A stretch of DNA of 64,000 nt from an uncultured bacterium (lineage in GTDB: Bacteria; Gemmatimonadota; Gemmatimonadetes; Gemmatimonadales; Gemmatimonadaceae), in assembly GCA_963978095.1 (NCBI GenBank), contig CAXBQP010000003.1, forward strand, positions 65,868-129,867. The letters are read 5' to 3'. The position numbers were made by a program, and so were the translations under genes. Positions 26,260 to 36,031 of this stretch are shown here, piece after piece; the stretch's first letter is position 1, and every line of letters starts with the position of its first letter. The notes under the pieces are model-generated. The model saw only the letters and a program-made list of their open reading frames with translations, made no database searches and was not told the DNA's origin.

Positions 26260-28769
26260 CGCGCGCGCGCGTACTCGAGCGTGGACATGCGACGTGTCCC
26301 CGGGTACGGGACGTTCGGCCCCTTGATGGTGCGCCAGAGGATCTGGTTGAAGAGCTGCTCGTCGGCGGTGTCCTCGAAGATGAGGTCCAGGGTCGCCGAT
26401 TCGCGGGCCTCGCGGGTGCCGGCCTTGTTGACCTCGTCCAGGCGCTGCGCAGGGGTGAGCGCGGCATACGGGCGAAGATCCGCTGAGGGGCCGAAGATCT
26501 CGGTGACCGGACGTCCGAAGAAATCGAACTGCGAGAGCGCGCCGAGCTTGAGGACGCGCTCCATGGTCGCGATGAAATCGGTCGTATTGATGAAGCGGTG
26601 GTACACGCCGGGCTTGTTGTACGCCGAGATGATCAGCGCCGGAGCGCGGTGCGAGTCGACGTGGTCGGAGCCATTCTGGGCATCATCCTCGACCACGAAG
26701 ATGACGGTGTTCTTCCAGAACGGCGATCGGGAGACCGCTTCGACGATTCGCCCGAGCGCGAGATCGTTGTCGGCGACCTGTGCTTTGGGGCTCGGCGCGT
26801 CGGCGCGCGCGCCGGACGTATGATCGTTGGGGAGGCGGAGGATCTGCAGCTGCGGCATCACGCCCGTGGCGACGAATCCCTTGAAGTCCGCGATCCAGAT
26901 GTCGGCACGCCTCTGATCGGTGATGTTCAGATCGAAGGCGGGATACTCCGGGTTCGTGTGGGAGCGCAGGAAGGGCTTCACCCCGGTATAGCCGCGTGGC
27001 ACGGTGGCTCCGCCGCGTCCGCCGCCTTCAGGGACGACGAACTCGCCGTAGTTGCGGAAGGAGACATTGGCGCGCTGTGCGAGATTCCAGAGATAGCCGT
27101 TCGCCGGTTCGGCGACGTCTTCGTCGTCGGCAGGCGTCACATTCCGGTTCTGGCCTTCCCAGTCGTAGCTCCGGCCACGGCTCGGGCGCGAATAATTCTG
27201 CGGGACCGTCTTCTGGGTGTAGTCGGTGGTGTACGCGGCCATGGACCAGTTGTGACCGTCAGGGCTGACCTCGGCGTTCACGAAGAAGCGATCCATGATG
27301 CCGAACCGTTCGGCAAGGGCGTGGTGATTGGGTGAGACCGCGCGCGGAAAGAAGACGAGCGAGGTGTCGCCATCGGCCTGCGGGAGATCGCCGAAGATTT
27401 GATCGTAGGTGCGATTCTCCTTCACGATGTAGATCACATGTTCGAAGGGCGGCAACACCGCGTCGACGCGCGGTTCCCCCCAGTGATTCGCGCGGGCGAC
27501 GCGGGCGCTGAGGGCGTCAAGCTCCGCACCTGATGCGCGGGCCGCGGTGGAGGTGAGCACCGTGCCGCTGGTCTGGCCCAAGGTGTAGGCATTGCTGTTG
27601 TAGCCTGCCTCGCCGCGATCCAGGCCCGGGCGCGGACCATCGGGATTCGCTTTGGTGCCGCGTCCCTTTCCCGTCAGCACGATCAGCGAGTCATTGCGCG
27701 CGACGACGGCGGTCGGGTACCAGTGGGTCGGTACGCGACCAACGACGTTGTCGGCTCCTTTGGCCGCGGCCACGCCGGCCGTGGAGCTGGTGAGGTCGAT
27801 GAGGGCGATGGCGTTGTTGTCGGATTCGGCCACATACAGCCTGGTACCGTCCGCAGAGAGTGCCAGGGCTGTCGGCGTGCTCCCTTCGCCAGGGCCACCA
27901 CGGGGTGTGTCGACGAGTTCGGTCTGGACACGGCGCGCTTTCGTGTCCACGACCGTGATGCGATCCGTGGACGCCGAGGCGACGAACAGGCGCGAGCCCT
28001 CGCCGTTGAGGAGAAGCGCCGAGGGGTGGCGTCCGACGCGGATGCGATGCTGGGCGTCGAGAGCGCCGGAGGCCGTGCGGGTGAAGACGGCGACCGTGTT
28101 GCCGCCCCAACTCGACACGAAGACACTGTTATCGGGGGTGACGGCGACGCCGTACGGGTAGCGCTCGGTGGCCAGGCGCTGCACGACTTTTCCGGTGGCG
28201 AGATCGATTACCGCGAGCGAGTCCGCCAGGTTCTCGGCGACGTAGAGGTACTTGCCGTCCGGCGAGGGCGCGAGCCCCGCCGGATAGCGGTTGCCGTTCG
28301 GGCGGGTTTTGACCGCGAGGACGAGGCTGTCCGTGAGCGACGCTCTGTTTCCACTCCAGGCGTAGCGGTAGACCACGTCCTGGTTGCCGCCCGAGGCGTA
28401 GAGGGTCTTGCCGTCAGGGGAGAAGGCCAGACCGAGGAAGGCGGCGGTCTGGGTCGCCGTTTGTTCGATCTTGCCCGTGGCGCGATCCAGGACCTGCACC
28501 CCTTGCTCGCGGTAGCCGTTCAGGAGGATCACGATCTTGGAACCGTCCGGCGAGAGTGACATCGCGAGGGGCATGGAGCCAACGTCCCATGCGACCCCGG
28601 CCGGGTCCAGCGTGCGACCGGTCGGGAGCTGTCCTTGGGCGTCCAGGGATACGGTATTCGGGGCCGGATCGGAGCCTCCACGGCAGGCGGACGCCAGCAG
28701 GACGATCGGTGCCAGGAGGCGCGGGACCCATCGAGCGGGGGCAGCACGGAATCGGAGGATGTGGAGCAC
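26256..28769 (-). CDS. YncE-type beta-propeller plus phosphoesterase (alkaline phosphatase superfamily) lipoprotein
   Basis: Lipobox LASAC; SPDG..LY propeller repeats; HVIYIVKENRTYDQ, DGHNW, LPNDHT and EDDAQNG.DHVD.HR. Confidence 0.9.
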   Translation of the reverse strand: MLHILRFRAAPARWVPRLLAPIVLLASACRGGSDPAPNTVSLDAQGQLPTGRTLDPAGVAWDVGSMPLAMSLSPDGSKIVILLNGYREQGVQVLDRATGKIEQTATQTAAFLGLAFSPDGKTLYASGGNQDVVYRYAWSGNRASLTDSLVLAVKTRPNGNRYPAGLAPSPDGKYLYVAENLADSLAVIDLATGKVVQRLATERYPYGVAVTPDNSVFVSSWGGNTVAVFTRTASGALDAQHRIRVGRHPSALLLNGEGSRLFVASASTDRITVVDTKARRVQTELVDTPRGGPGEGSTPTALALSADGTRLYVAESDNNAIALIDLTSSTAGVAAAKGADNVVGRVPTHWYPTAVVARNDSLIVLTGKGRGTKANPDGPRPGLDRGEAGYNSNAYTLGQTSGTVLTSTAARASGAELDALSARVARANHWGEPRVDAVLPPFEHVIYIVKENRTYDQIFGDLPQADGDTSLVFFPRAVSPNHHALAERFGIMDRFFVNAEVSPDGHNWSMAAYTTDYTQKTVPQNYSRPSRGRSYDWEGQNRNVTPADDEDVAEPANGYLWNLAQRANVSFRNYGEFVVPEGGGRGGATVPRGYTGVKPFLRSHTNPEYPAFDLNITDQRRADIWIADFKGFVATGVMPQLQILRLPNDHTSGARADAPSPKAQVADNDLALGRIVEAVSRSPFWKNTVIFVVEDDAQNGSDHVDSHRAPALIISAYNKPGVYHRFINTTDFIATMERVLKLGALSQFDFFGRPVTEIFGPSADLRPYAALTPAQRLDEVNKAGTREARESATLDLIFEDTADEQLFNQILWRTIKGPNVPYPGTRRMSTLEYARAR

Positions 28770-28941
28770 GAAAGCCTCGAGATGAGGGCCCGCTCGTGGC
28801 GGGGGAGGGGCAGGGGGGTGGGGGCCTGCTATATCTTGAATAAATGTACCGGGCGGTCGTGCGCTGTCACGACCTCCGGGACCTGCTCGCGGGCGTCGGT
28901 TGCGTCCGACCCCGAACAACCAGCGTTTCATGGAGACTCGT

Positions 28942-31900
28942 GTGAACACCCGCGTCCGACGTTCCTCGCTGTACGCTCTCGTTCTGTCGCTGCTGCTGCC
29001 GTGGTCGGTGGTGGCGCAGAGTTTCGACTCGTTGGCCTTTGTCGGCATGCGCTGGCGCGAGATCGGTCCGTTCCGCGGTGGTCGGTCGGTGGCGGTGGCC
29101 GGCTCGGACAAGCGGACCAACGAGTACTACATGGGCACTGTGGGGGGCGGCGTCTTCAAGACCACCGACGGCGGCACCACTTGGCAGCCGACGACCGACA
29201 AGTATTTCGGCGGAACGATCGGCGCCATCGCGGTCTCGGCGTCGAATCCGGACATCGTCTGGGTAGGTGGTGGCGAAAGTGATATTCGTGGCAACGCGGC
29301 CCCCGGCGATGGTGTCTGGATGACCAAGGACGCCGGCAAGACGTGGACGCGGAACACGTTCTTCGATGTGAAGAACCATGTGAATCGCGTGCGGATCCAC
29401 CCGACGAATCCGGACATCATCTGGATCGGCGTGTTGGGTCACGCGTTCGGCCCGAACGAGCAACGCGGGGTGTTCAAGACCACGGACGGCGGCAAGACGT
29501 GGAAGAAGGTCTTGTACCGCAACGAGAATGTGGGGATTTCCGATCTGATCCTGGATCCGAACGATCCGAACGTGCTGTATGCGGCGTTCTGGAACGCGTA
29601 TCGCACTCCCTGGTCGCTGAACTCCGGCGGACCTGGCGGCGGGATGTTCAAGTCGGTCGATGGTGGCGAGAGCTGGAAGGAGATCACCGCCAACCCGGGC
29701 ATGCCGAGGGGGTTGTGGGGCAAGGTCGGCATCGCGGTGTCGCCGGCCAAGTCGTCACGCGTGTGGGCGTTGATCGAGGCCGAAGAGGGGGGCGTGTACC
29801 GGTCCGACGACGGCGGCAACACGTGGGCCAAGATCAATGAAGACCGTAAGCTGCGTCAGCGTGCCTGGTACTACTCGCGCATCTACGCGGACCCGAAGGA
29901 CTCGGCGGTCGTGTACGCGGTGAACACGGGCTTCTATCGCTCGCGCGATGGCGGCAAGACGTTCCCGCAGTCCCTGAATGTGCCGCACGGCGACAACCAT
30001 GACGTGTGGATCGCGCCGAGTGATCCGAACCGCATGATCAATTCCAACGACGGTGGCGCCAATGTGTCGACGAATGGCGGCCGCACGTGGACCGAGCAGA
30101 ATTTCGCCACGGCCCAGATGTACCACGTGACGACGACGAACCACTTCCCGTACCGGATCTGCGGGGCGCAGCAGGACAACAGCACGCTGTGCGGGCCGAG
30201 CCGCAAGGCCGGACCGATCACCATCAACGACTGGCAGGATGCCGGTGGTGGTGAGTCGGGCTACATCGCGTCGAGCCCGCTGAATCCGGATATCATCTTC
30301 GCCGGGAGCTACGGTGGATTGCTGACCCGCAAGGACATGCGCACCGGACTCACGCGCGACGTGAACCCGTGGCCGGACAATCCGATGGGGATCTCGTCGG
30401 AGGACATCAAGTACAAGTTCCAGTGGACCTTCCCGATCGTGTTCTCGCCGCACGACCCGAAGACGATGTACGTGGGCGGCAGCAATCTCTTCGTCACGCA
30501 TGATGAGGGGCAGAGCTTCCAGATCATGAGTCCGCGCTTGGCGCGCAATGATCCCAAGACGCTCGGCGCCTCGGGTGGCCCGATCACCAAGGACCAGACG
30601 GGCGTGGAGACGTACGGTGTGGTGTTCACGATCGCCGAATCGCCGATCACGAAGGGCGTGATCTGGACGGGGTCGGACGACGGGCTCGTGTTCATCACCA
30701 GGGACAACGGCAAGACGTGGAAGAATGTCACGCCCAAGGGACTGGGGGATTTCGCGCGCATCTCGCTCGTGGAAGCCAGCCATTTCGCACCGGGCACGGC
30801 GTATCTCGCGGCCAACCGCTATCAGCAGGACGATTTCGCGCCGTACTTCTTCAAGACGACGGACTTCGGCGTCACCTGGACGCCGATCACCACCGGTATC
30901 GGCGCCTCGGATTTCTCCCGGGCCATCCGTGAGGATCCCGAGAAGAAGGGACTGCTCTATGCGGGCACCGAGCATGGCGCGTGGGTGTCGTGGGACGACG
31001 GCGCGCACTGGCAGTCGATGCGCTTGAACCTGCCGCTCGTGCCGGTGCATGACCTGACGATCAAGGATGGCGACCTGATCATCGCGACGCATGGTCGTTC
31101 GTTCTACGTGTTCGACGATCTCTCGCCGATCCGTCAGATGACGCCGGCTTCGGTCGCGAAGGATGCCCATCTCTACAAGCCGCGCGATGCGTATCGGGTG
31201 GAGTGGGGGGGCGGGCGCGGTGGGCGCGGCGGCGGTGGTGCGGCGCCGAGTGGCGCGGTGGTGTACTACACGCTGGCCAAGGGCGGGCAGGACGTGTCGC
31301 TCGAGTTCCTGGATGCGCAGGGCAAGGTGATCAAGGCCTTTTCGTCCAAGGCGGATTCTGCCGCGGCGCCGACCGCTGCGGCGCCGGCCGATGACGACGG
31401 ACCGCGACCGCCGGCGCCTGCACCGGTCGTGCCGAACAAGGCGGGACTCAACACCTTCTCGTGGAACCTCCGATATCCCGATGCGGTGACCTTTCCGGGG
31501 ATGATTCTCTGGGCGGGGGACACCCGCGGCCCGGTCGCGCCGGCGGGGACCTACAGCGTACGGATGCGCGTGGGCGGCGGCCCCGCGCAGACGCAGACGT
31601 TCAAGCTCAAGAACGACCCCCGCAGCAGTGCGAGCGCCGAGGATCAGCTGGCGCAGTTCACCTTCCTGATGAAGTTGCGCGACCGGGTGTCGGAGGCGAA
31701 CGAAGCGGTCATCTCGATGCGGTATGTGAAGTCCGAGATCGACGATCGCCTCAAGAAGGCGCCGGCCGCGGGTGTGGCCGAGCTGACGAGCGCGGGAGGC
31801 ACGCTCAAGACGAACGTCACCGGTGTGGAGGCGGAGGTCTACCAGATCAAGAATCAGAGCGGGCAGGATCCGCTCAACTTCCCGATCAAGCTCAACAACA

Positions 31901-32115
31901 AGTTGGCGGCGCTCAATGGCAGCGTGGGCTCGGCGCCGGGCCGGCCGACGACCCAGGCCGTCCAAGTGTTCACGGAGCTCAACGGCAAGCTCGATGTGCA
32001 GACCGGGCGGATGAAGAAGATCTACGCCGAGGATCTGAAGAAGTACAACGAGCTGTTGAAGAAGTACGGGCTGCCGGAGATCGAGACCAAGCCGAAGCCG
32101 AAGCTGGCGATGTAA
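28942..32115 (+). CDS. VPS10/sortilin-like BNR (Asp-box) repeat protein, often annotated as glycosyl hydrolase
   Basis: WREIGP.RGGRS, many (S/T)xDGG.TW Asp-boxes, HGDNH, QDN, THGRS and a coiled C-terminus. GTG start after GGAG. Confidence 0.92.
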   Translation: MNTRVRRSSLYALVLSLLLPWSVVAQSFDSLAFVGMRWREIGPFRGGRSVAVAGSDKRTNEYYMGTVGGGVFKTTDGGTTWQPTTDKYFGGTIGAIAVSASNPDIVWVGGGESDIRGNAAPGDGVWMTKDAGKTWTRNTFFDVKNHVNRVRIHPTNPDIIWIGVLGHAFGPNEQRGVFKTTDGGKTWKKVLYRNENVGISDLILDPNDPNVLYAAFWNAYRTPWSLNSGGPGGGMFKSVDGGESWKEITANPGMPRGLWGKVGIAVSPAKSSRVWALIEAEEGGVYRSDDGGNTWAKINEDRKLRQRAWYYSRIYADPKDSAVVYAVNTGFYRSRDGGKTFPQSLNVPHGDNHDVWIAPSDPNRMINSNDGGANVSTNGGRTWTEQNFATAQMYHVTTTNHFPYRICGAQQDNSTLCGPSRKAGPITINDWQDAGGGESGYIASSPLNPDIIFAGSYGGLLTRKDMRTGLTRDVNPWPDNPMGISSEDIKYKFQWTFPIVFSPHDPKTMYVGGSNLFVTHDEGQSFQIMSPRLARNDPKTLGASGGPITKDQTGVETYGVVFTIAESPITKGVIWTGSDDGLVFITRDNGKTWKNVTPKGLGDFARISLVEASHFAPGTAYLAANRYQQDDFAPYFFKTTDFGVTWTPITTGIGASDFSRAIREDPEKKGLLYAGTEHGAWVSWDDGAHWQSMRLNLPLVPVHDLTIKDGDLIIATHGRSFYVFDDLSPIRQMTPASVAKDAHLYKPRDAYRVEWGGGRGGRGGGGAAPSGAVVYYTLAKGGQDVSLEFLDAQGKVIKAFSSKADSAAAPTAAAPADDDGPRPPAPAPVVPNKAGLNTFSWNLRYPDAVTFPGMILWAGDTRGPVAPAGTYSVRMRVGGGPAQTQTFKLKNDPRSSASAEDQLAQFTFLMKLRDRVSEANEAVISMRYVKSEIDDRLKKAPAAGVAELTSAGGTLKTNVTGVEAEVYQIKNQSGQDPLNFPIKLNNKLAALNGSVGSAPGRPTTQAVQVFTELNGKLDVQTGRMKKIYAEDLKKYNELLKKYGLPEIETKPKPKLAM

Positions 32116-32616
32116 GTGGCACCGCACATCCGCGAGGCGGTGGGGGCGGATCACGCGGCGGTACTGGCGCTGAACAATGGCGCCGTACCGCACGTGAACG
32201 CGCTTGACGCGGCGCGGTTCGATGCGCTCGTGGGATACGCGACCTATTTCCGCGTGGCAGAGGACGACACCGGCATTGCCGGGTTCGTCCTCTGCGTCGC
32301 TCCGGGGACACCGTACTGGAGTGACAACTATGCGTGGTTCGCTGCCCGGCACGGAGCTGCGCCGGACGCCTTCGTGTATCTCGATCGCGTCGTGGTGGCG
32401 CCGCGCGCGCGCCGCGGTGGGGTGGGGCGGGCGTTGTACGCGGATCTGGAGCGGTTCGTGCGCGGCCGGTGGCCGCGCATCACGCTCGAAGTGAATCTGC
32501 GGCCACCGAACCCCACCTCGGTGGAGTTCCACCGGCGCATGGGCTTCGTGGAGGTCGGTGTCCGCGAGTACGACGCGGGACGATGCGCGGTCTCGATGAT
32601 GGAACGTCCGGTGTGA
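32116..32616 (+). CDS. GNAT family acetyltransferase
   Basis: Y.SDNY.WF, YLDRVVV...R.GG.GR.LY and EVN..PPN..S..FH...GF. Confidence 0.9.
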   Translation: MAPHIREAVGADHAAVLALNNGAVPHVNALDAARFDALVGYATYFRVAEDDTGIAGFVLCVAPGTPYWSDNYAWFAARHGAAPDAFVYLDRVVVAPRARRGGVGRALYADLERFVRGRWPRITLEVNLRPPNPTSVEFHRRMGFVEVGVREYDAGRCAVSMMERPV

Positions 32617-32632
32617 TGGACCGCATGCACGA

Positions 32633-32660
32633 GCGCCGCCCGTCGAGTGACGGGCGGCGC
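32633..32660. terminator. Hairpin between convergent genes
   Basis: GCGCCGCCCGTC-GAGT-GACGGGCGGCGC, a perfect 12-bp stem. Confidence 0.65.
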
Positions 32661-32682
32661 TTCTCGTTGCGGACCGCGCGTC

Positions 32683-33609
32683 TTACGGTTTCGCCACCGG
32701 ATCGTAGGTCCCCGGGGTATGGCGATCAACGGCGATTCCCATCGCATGGAAGCCCTTGTCCACGTACATGGTGGTGCCGGTGATGCCGCTCGCCATCGGC
32801 GAGCAGAGGAACGCCGCTGCATTGCCGACTTCTTCGGCGGTGAGCTTGTCAGTGATCGGGGAGTTCGCCTCGTAGTACGAGGTGAGGATCTCCACGATTC
32901 CGATGGCGCTCGCCGCGCGGGAGGCCAAGGGGCCCGCGCTGATGGTGTTCACGCGAACGCCGAACAGTCGGCCGGCTTCGTAGGCGAGCACGCGCGTGTC
33001 GCTTTCGAGAGCGGCCTTGGCGGAGGACATGCCACCGCCGTAGCCGGGCACGACCCGCTCGCCGGCCATGTACGAGAGCGAGCAGAAGGCGCCGCCGTAA
33101 CGCGTCAGGGGGCCGAGGCGGTTGACCATGCTGATCATGGAGTAGGCACTCACGCCCATCGCGGCCAGGTATCCGGCGCGGCTGGTGTGGATCAGCGACT
33201 TCCTGACTTCGGGCCCGTTGGCGAGCGAGTGGACCACGATGTCGAGCGAGTTGGGCCCGAAGTCGGCTTCGATGGCCTTGCCGAGTCCGTCGATCGAGAA
33301 ATCGCCGAGGTCGCGGTACCGCTTGTTCTCGCGGACGCCGGCGGGAGCATCCTCGAGCGTGTCGAAGGCGGCGTCGAGGGGGTAGATCTTCTCGAACTGC
33401 AGCAGGGAGCCGTCACGCAGGCGGCGGGAGTCGTCGATCTTTCCGCGGTCGAGCAGGTTGCGGAAGATGTTGAGCGCGGGGGGCCAGGTGGCCACGCAGA
33501 CGGTGGCGCCCGCCTCGGCAAAAGCCTTGGCAATGGCGAATCCGAAGCCGTCGTCGTCGGCGACACCGGCCACGAGGGCACGGCGGCCGGTCAGGTCGAT
33601 GTTCAGCAT
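32683..33609 (-). CDS. fabI: Enoyl-ACP reductase, plant/chlamydial-type FabI
   Basis: GVADD.GFG, IYPLDA, NKRY, VHSLANGPEV, YGGGMSSAK and ISAGPLASRAA. Confidence 0.93.
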   Translation of the reverse strand: MLNIDLTGRRALVAGVADDDGFGFAIAKAFAEAGATVCVATWPPALNIFRNLLDRGKIDDSRRLRDGSLLQFEKIYPLDAAFDTLEDAPAGVRENKRYRDLGDFSIDGLGKAIEADFGPNSLDIVVHSLANGPEVRKSLIHTSRAGYLAAMGVSAYSMISMVNRLGPLTRYGGAFCSLSYMAGERVVPGYGGGMSSAKAALESDTRVLAYEAGRLFGVRVNTISAGPLASRAASAIGIVEILTSYYEANSPITDKLTAEEVGNAAAFLCSPMASGITGTTMYVDKGFHAMGIAVDRHTPGTYDPVAKP

Positions 33610-33728
33610 GCTGTGAAATGTAAGCGAACACGTCTCGTGGCAAGACCTGTTGGGGACGCTGTAGCCGCGTCGGGATTCCGCCGCCCACGCCACCCACGGG
33701 CGTGCGGATGGAGTAGTTTTGAAGTGGA

Positions 33729-35063
33729 ATGAACACCTCGCGCACACCGGCATCCTCGAGCGCAGAACGGATCGCGCGCACCGCCTCGGCATCCGGCACA
33801 TCCTCCGGTGGCGCGCCAGGCACTGTGCGCGCGGACACACGTCTGTCCGTGCTCACACACGGGTCGACCCTGCTCGTGCCGCTGCTGACCGTCCCGTATC
33901 TGGCCCGTGTGTTGGGGCGAGACGGTTGGGGGGCGGTGCTGGTCATGCAATCGCTCGCGGCGTGGGCGATGCTGGCGCTCGATTTCGGCTTCGACCTCTC
34001 GGCCACGCGCGCAGCCGCTGCGTCCCGCGACGATGCGCACGGGCTCGACCGGATCGTCTCCGGCGTGCAGACGGCAAAACTCTTGGTGCTTGGTGTAGCG
34101 AGCGTGATTGCCGGTGGCTTCTTGCTGATGGCACCTGCCTCGCTCGGGGATCGCCAACTGTTGCTGTACACCGCGCTGTTCGCCGTGGCACGAGGGCTGA
34201 ATCCCTTTTGGTATTTCCAGGGGACGGGGCGCCTGCGTTTCGCCCTCGCGGTGGAGACGTTTACCAAGATCTCGGCGGCGGGCTTGGTATTCGTGTTCGT
34301 GCTGACGCCCGCCGATGCCTGGCGCGTGCTGCAGTTGCAGGCGATCGGCGCCGTCGTGTCATTGACCGTGCTGAGCGCCGCGCTCGTGCGTGCGCGTCCG
34401 GCGGGACGTTTGGCCGTGGACGAAGGATGGAGATCGCTGCGCGCGACCGTCCCTCTTTTTGCGTTTCGGTTGTCCTCGGGGCTGTACAACCAGGCCAATG
34501 CGTCCTTGATGGGACGCGTGGCGGTGGAGTCGAGTGTCTCGGTGTTCGGTGGTCCTGAGCGGCTGGTGCGTTCCGCGCTGAACCTGCTGCAGCCGATCAC
34601 GCTCGTGTTCATGCCGCGCGTGAGTCATCTGCATGCCACGGATCCTGTCCGGGCGCACCACGAGATCCGCCATCTGTTGATGGTGATCGGCAGTTCGGGA
34701 GCGGCCTTCGGACTCATGCTGGCGGCCGCGGCGCCATTCGTCGTGCATACGATGCTTGGTCAGGGGTATGACGACGCGATTCCGGTGATGCGAATCCTGG
34801 CCTTGCTTCCTCCAACCACGGCAGTAGGGACGGTGCTCGGCATGTATTGGGCGGTACCCTTTGGGAGGGAGCGTGCCTTTCTCGCCGCGGTGATGGTCGC
34901 CGGTGCCTGCAACCTGGCGCTGGTGCCGGTCATGGTTCCGTCGTTCGGCGCTCCCGGCATGGCCGCGAGTGCGGTCGCCGCCGAGGTGATCGTGACGGTG
35001 TCGCTGGCAGTGCTGTATGTGCGCGATCGCGCCCGAGTCTTGGCGTCGGAGCAGCCGACATGA
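33729..35063 (+). CDS. wzx: Wzx-like oligosaccharide flippase
   Basis: PLLTVPYLARVLG..GWG, DFGF, WYFQG; 12-14 TM helices. Confidence 0.88.
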   Translation: MNTSRTPASSSAERIARTASASGTSSGGAPGTVRADTRLSVLTHGSTLLVPLLTVPYLARVLGRDGWGAVLVMQSLAAWAMLALDFGFDLSATRAAAASRDDAHGLDRIVSGVQTAKLLVLGVASVIAGGFLLMAPASLGDRQLLLYTALFAVARGLNPFWYFQGTGRLRFALAVETFTKISAAGLVFVFVLTPADAWRVLQLQAIGAVVSLTVLSAALVRARPAGRLAVDEGWRSLRATVPLFAFRLSSGLYNQANASLMGRVAVESSVSVFGGPERLVRSALNLLQPITLVFMPRVSHLHATDPVRAHHEIRHLLMVIGSSGAAFGLMLAAAAPFVVHTMLGQGYDDAIPVMRILALLPPTTAVGTVLGMYWAVPFGRERAFLAAVMVAGACNLALVPVMVPSFGAPGMAASAVAAEVIVTVSLAVLYVRDRARVLASEQPT

Positions 35064-36031
35064 CCCCGATGGCGTCCGATCTCGTGGTTGATGTGATTTG
35101 CGCCACCTACAACGGTGCCCGCCATCTGCCGGAGTTCCTCGCAAGCCTCCGCGCCCAAGAGCACGTCGCGTGGCGGCTCTGGTGCCGCGACGACGGCTCC
35201 GACGACGGTACCCTGCTCCTGCTGCGGGACGAGGCACAGCGCGATGTGCGCGTTCGCGTGGTCGAGGATGCGCGCGGACGGCTCGGCGTGACGCAGTCGT
35301 TCGGCGCGCTGCTGCAACAGGTGGCGTCCCAGGCCCAGTATGTCATGTGCGCGGATCAAGACGATGTCTGGATGCCGCACAAAATACAGACATCCATGGC
35401 CCGGATGCGGCAGGTGGAAACGAGATATTCCGGTCCCGTCTTGGTGCACACGGACTTGCGCGTGGTGGACGGAGATTTGCACCCCGTTGCGGATTCCTTC
35501 TGGACGCTGACGCATCTTCGTCCCGAACCGGCAACGGTCCCACGCATGGTGCTTCAAGGACTGGTGACCGGAGCCACGGTGTTGGTGAACCGGGAACTGC
35601 TTGAACGCGCACTCCCGGTTCCGGGCGACGCGATCATGCATGACTGGTGGCTGGCTGCGGTCGCGACGAGTTGTGGCGTGGTCGAGGCGATCCATGAACC
35701 GACCGTCTGGTATCGGCAGCATGGGGAGAATGTCGTCGGAGCCGCGCGCCCCGCGTGGGAAGGGGCTTGGCATCGGTTGCCCCACCGGGTGCAGCGGGCA
35801 ATGGCGCGTCGCGATGCGGCCCGCCGGTCAATAGATGACACCGCGCGACAGGCCGCCGCTCTCCGGGCGCGGGTTGGGATGGATCTGGCGGAGGATGACC
35901 GGCGGTTCCTGGAGGGGTACTCCCGCATTCCCGCGCTTGGATATTTCGCGCGGAAAGCGGCGATCATCCGGTGGCGTTGCCGCGCGGAATACGGATGGCT
36001 GCGGAACCTCGGCATGGTGGTGCGGGGATGA
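35060..36031 (+). CDS. GT2 glycosyltransferase (rhamnosyltransferase-like)
   Basis: ATYNG, RDDGS.DGT, ADQDDVW, TGAT, MHDWW and YRQH..N. Confidence 0.92.
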   Translation: MTPMASDLVVDVICATYNGARHLPEFLASLRAQEHVAWRLWCRDDGSDDGTLLLLRDEAQRDVRVRVVEDARGRLGVTQSFGALLQQVASQAQYVMCADQDDVWMPHKIQTSMARMRQVETRYSGPVLVHTDLRVVDGDLHPVADSFWTLTHLRPEPATVPRMVLQGLVTGATVLVNRELLERALPVPGDAIMHDWWLAAVATSCGVVEAIHEPTVWYRQHGENVVGAARPAWEGAWHRLPHRVQRAMARRDAARRSIDDTARQAAALRARVGMDLAEDDRRFLEGYSRIPALGYFARKAAIIRWRCRAEYGWLRNLGMVVRG

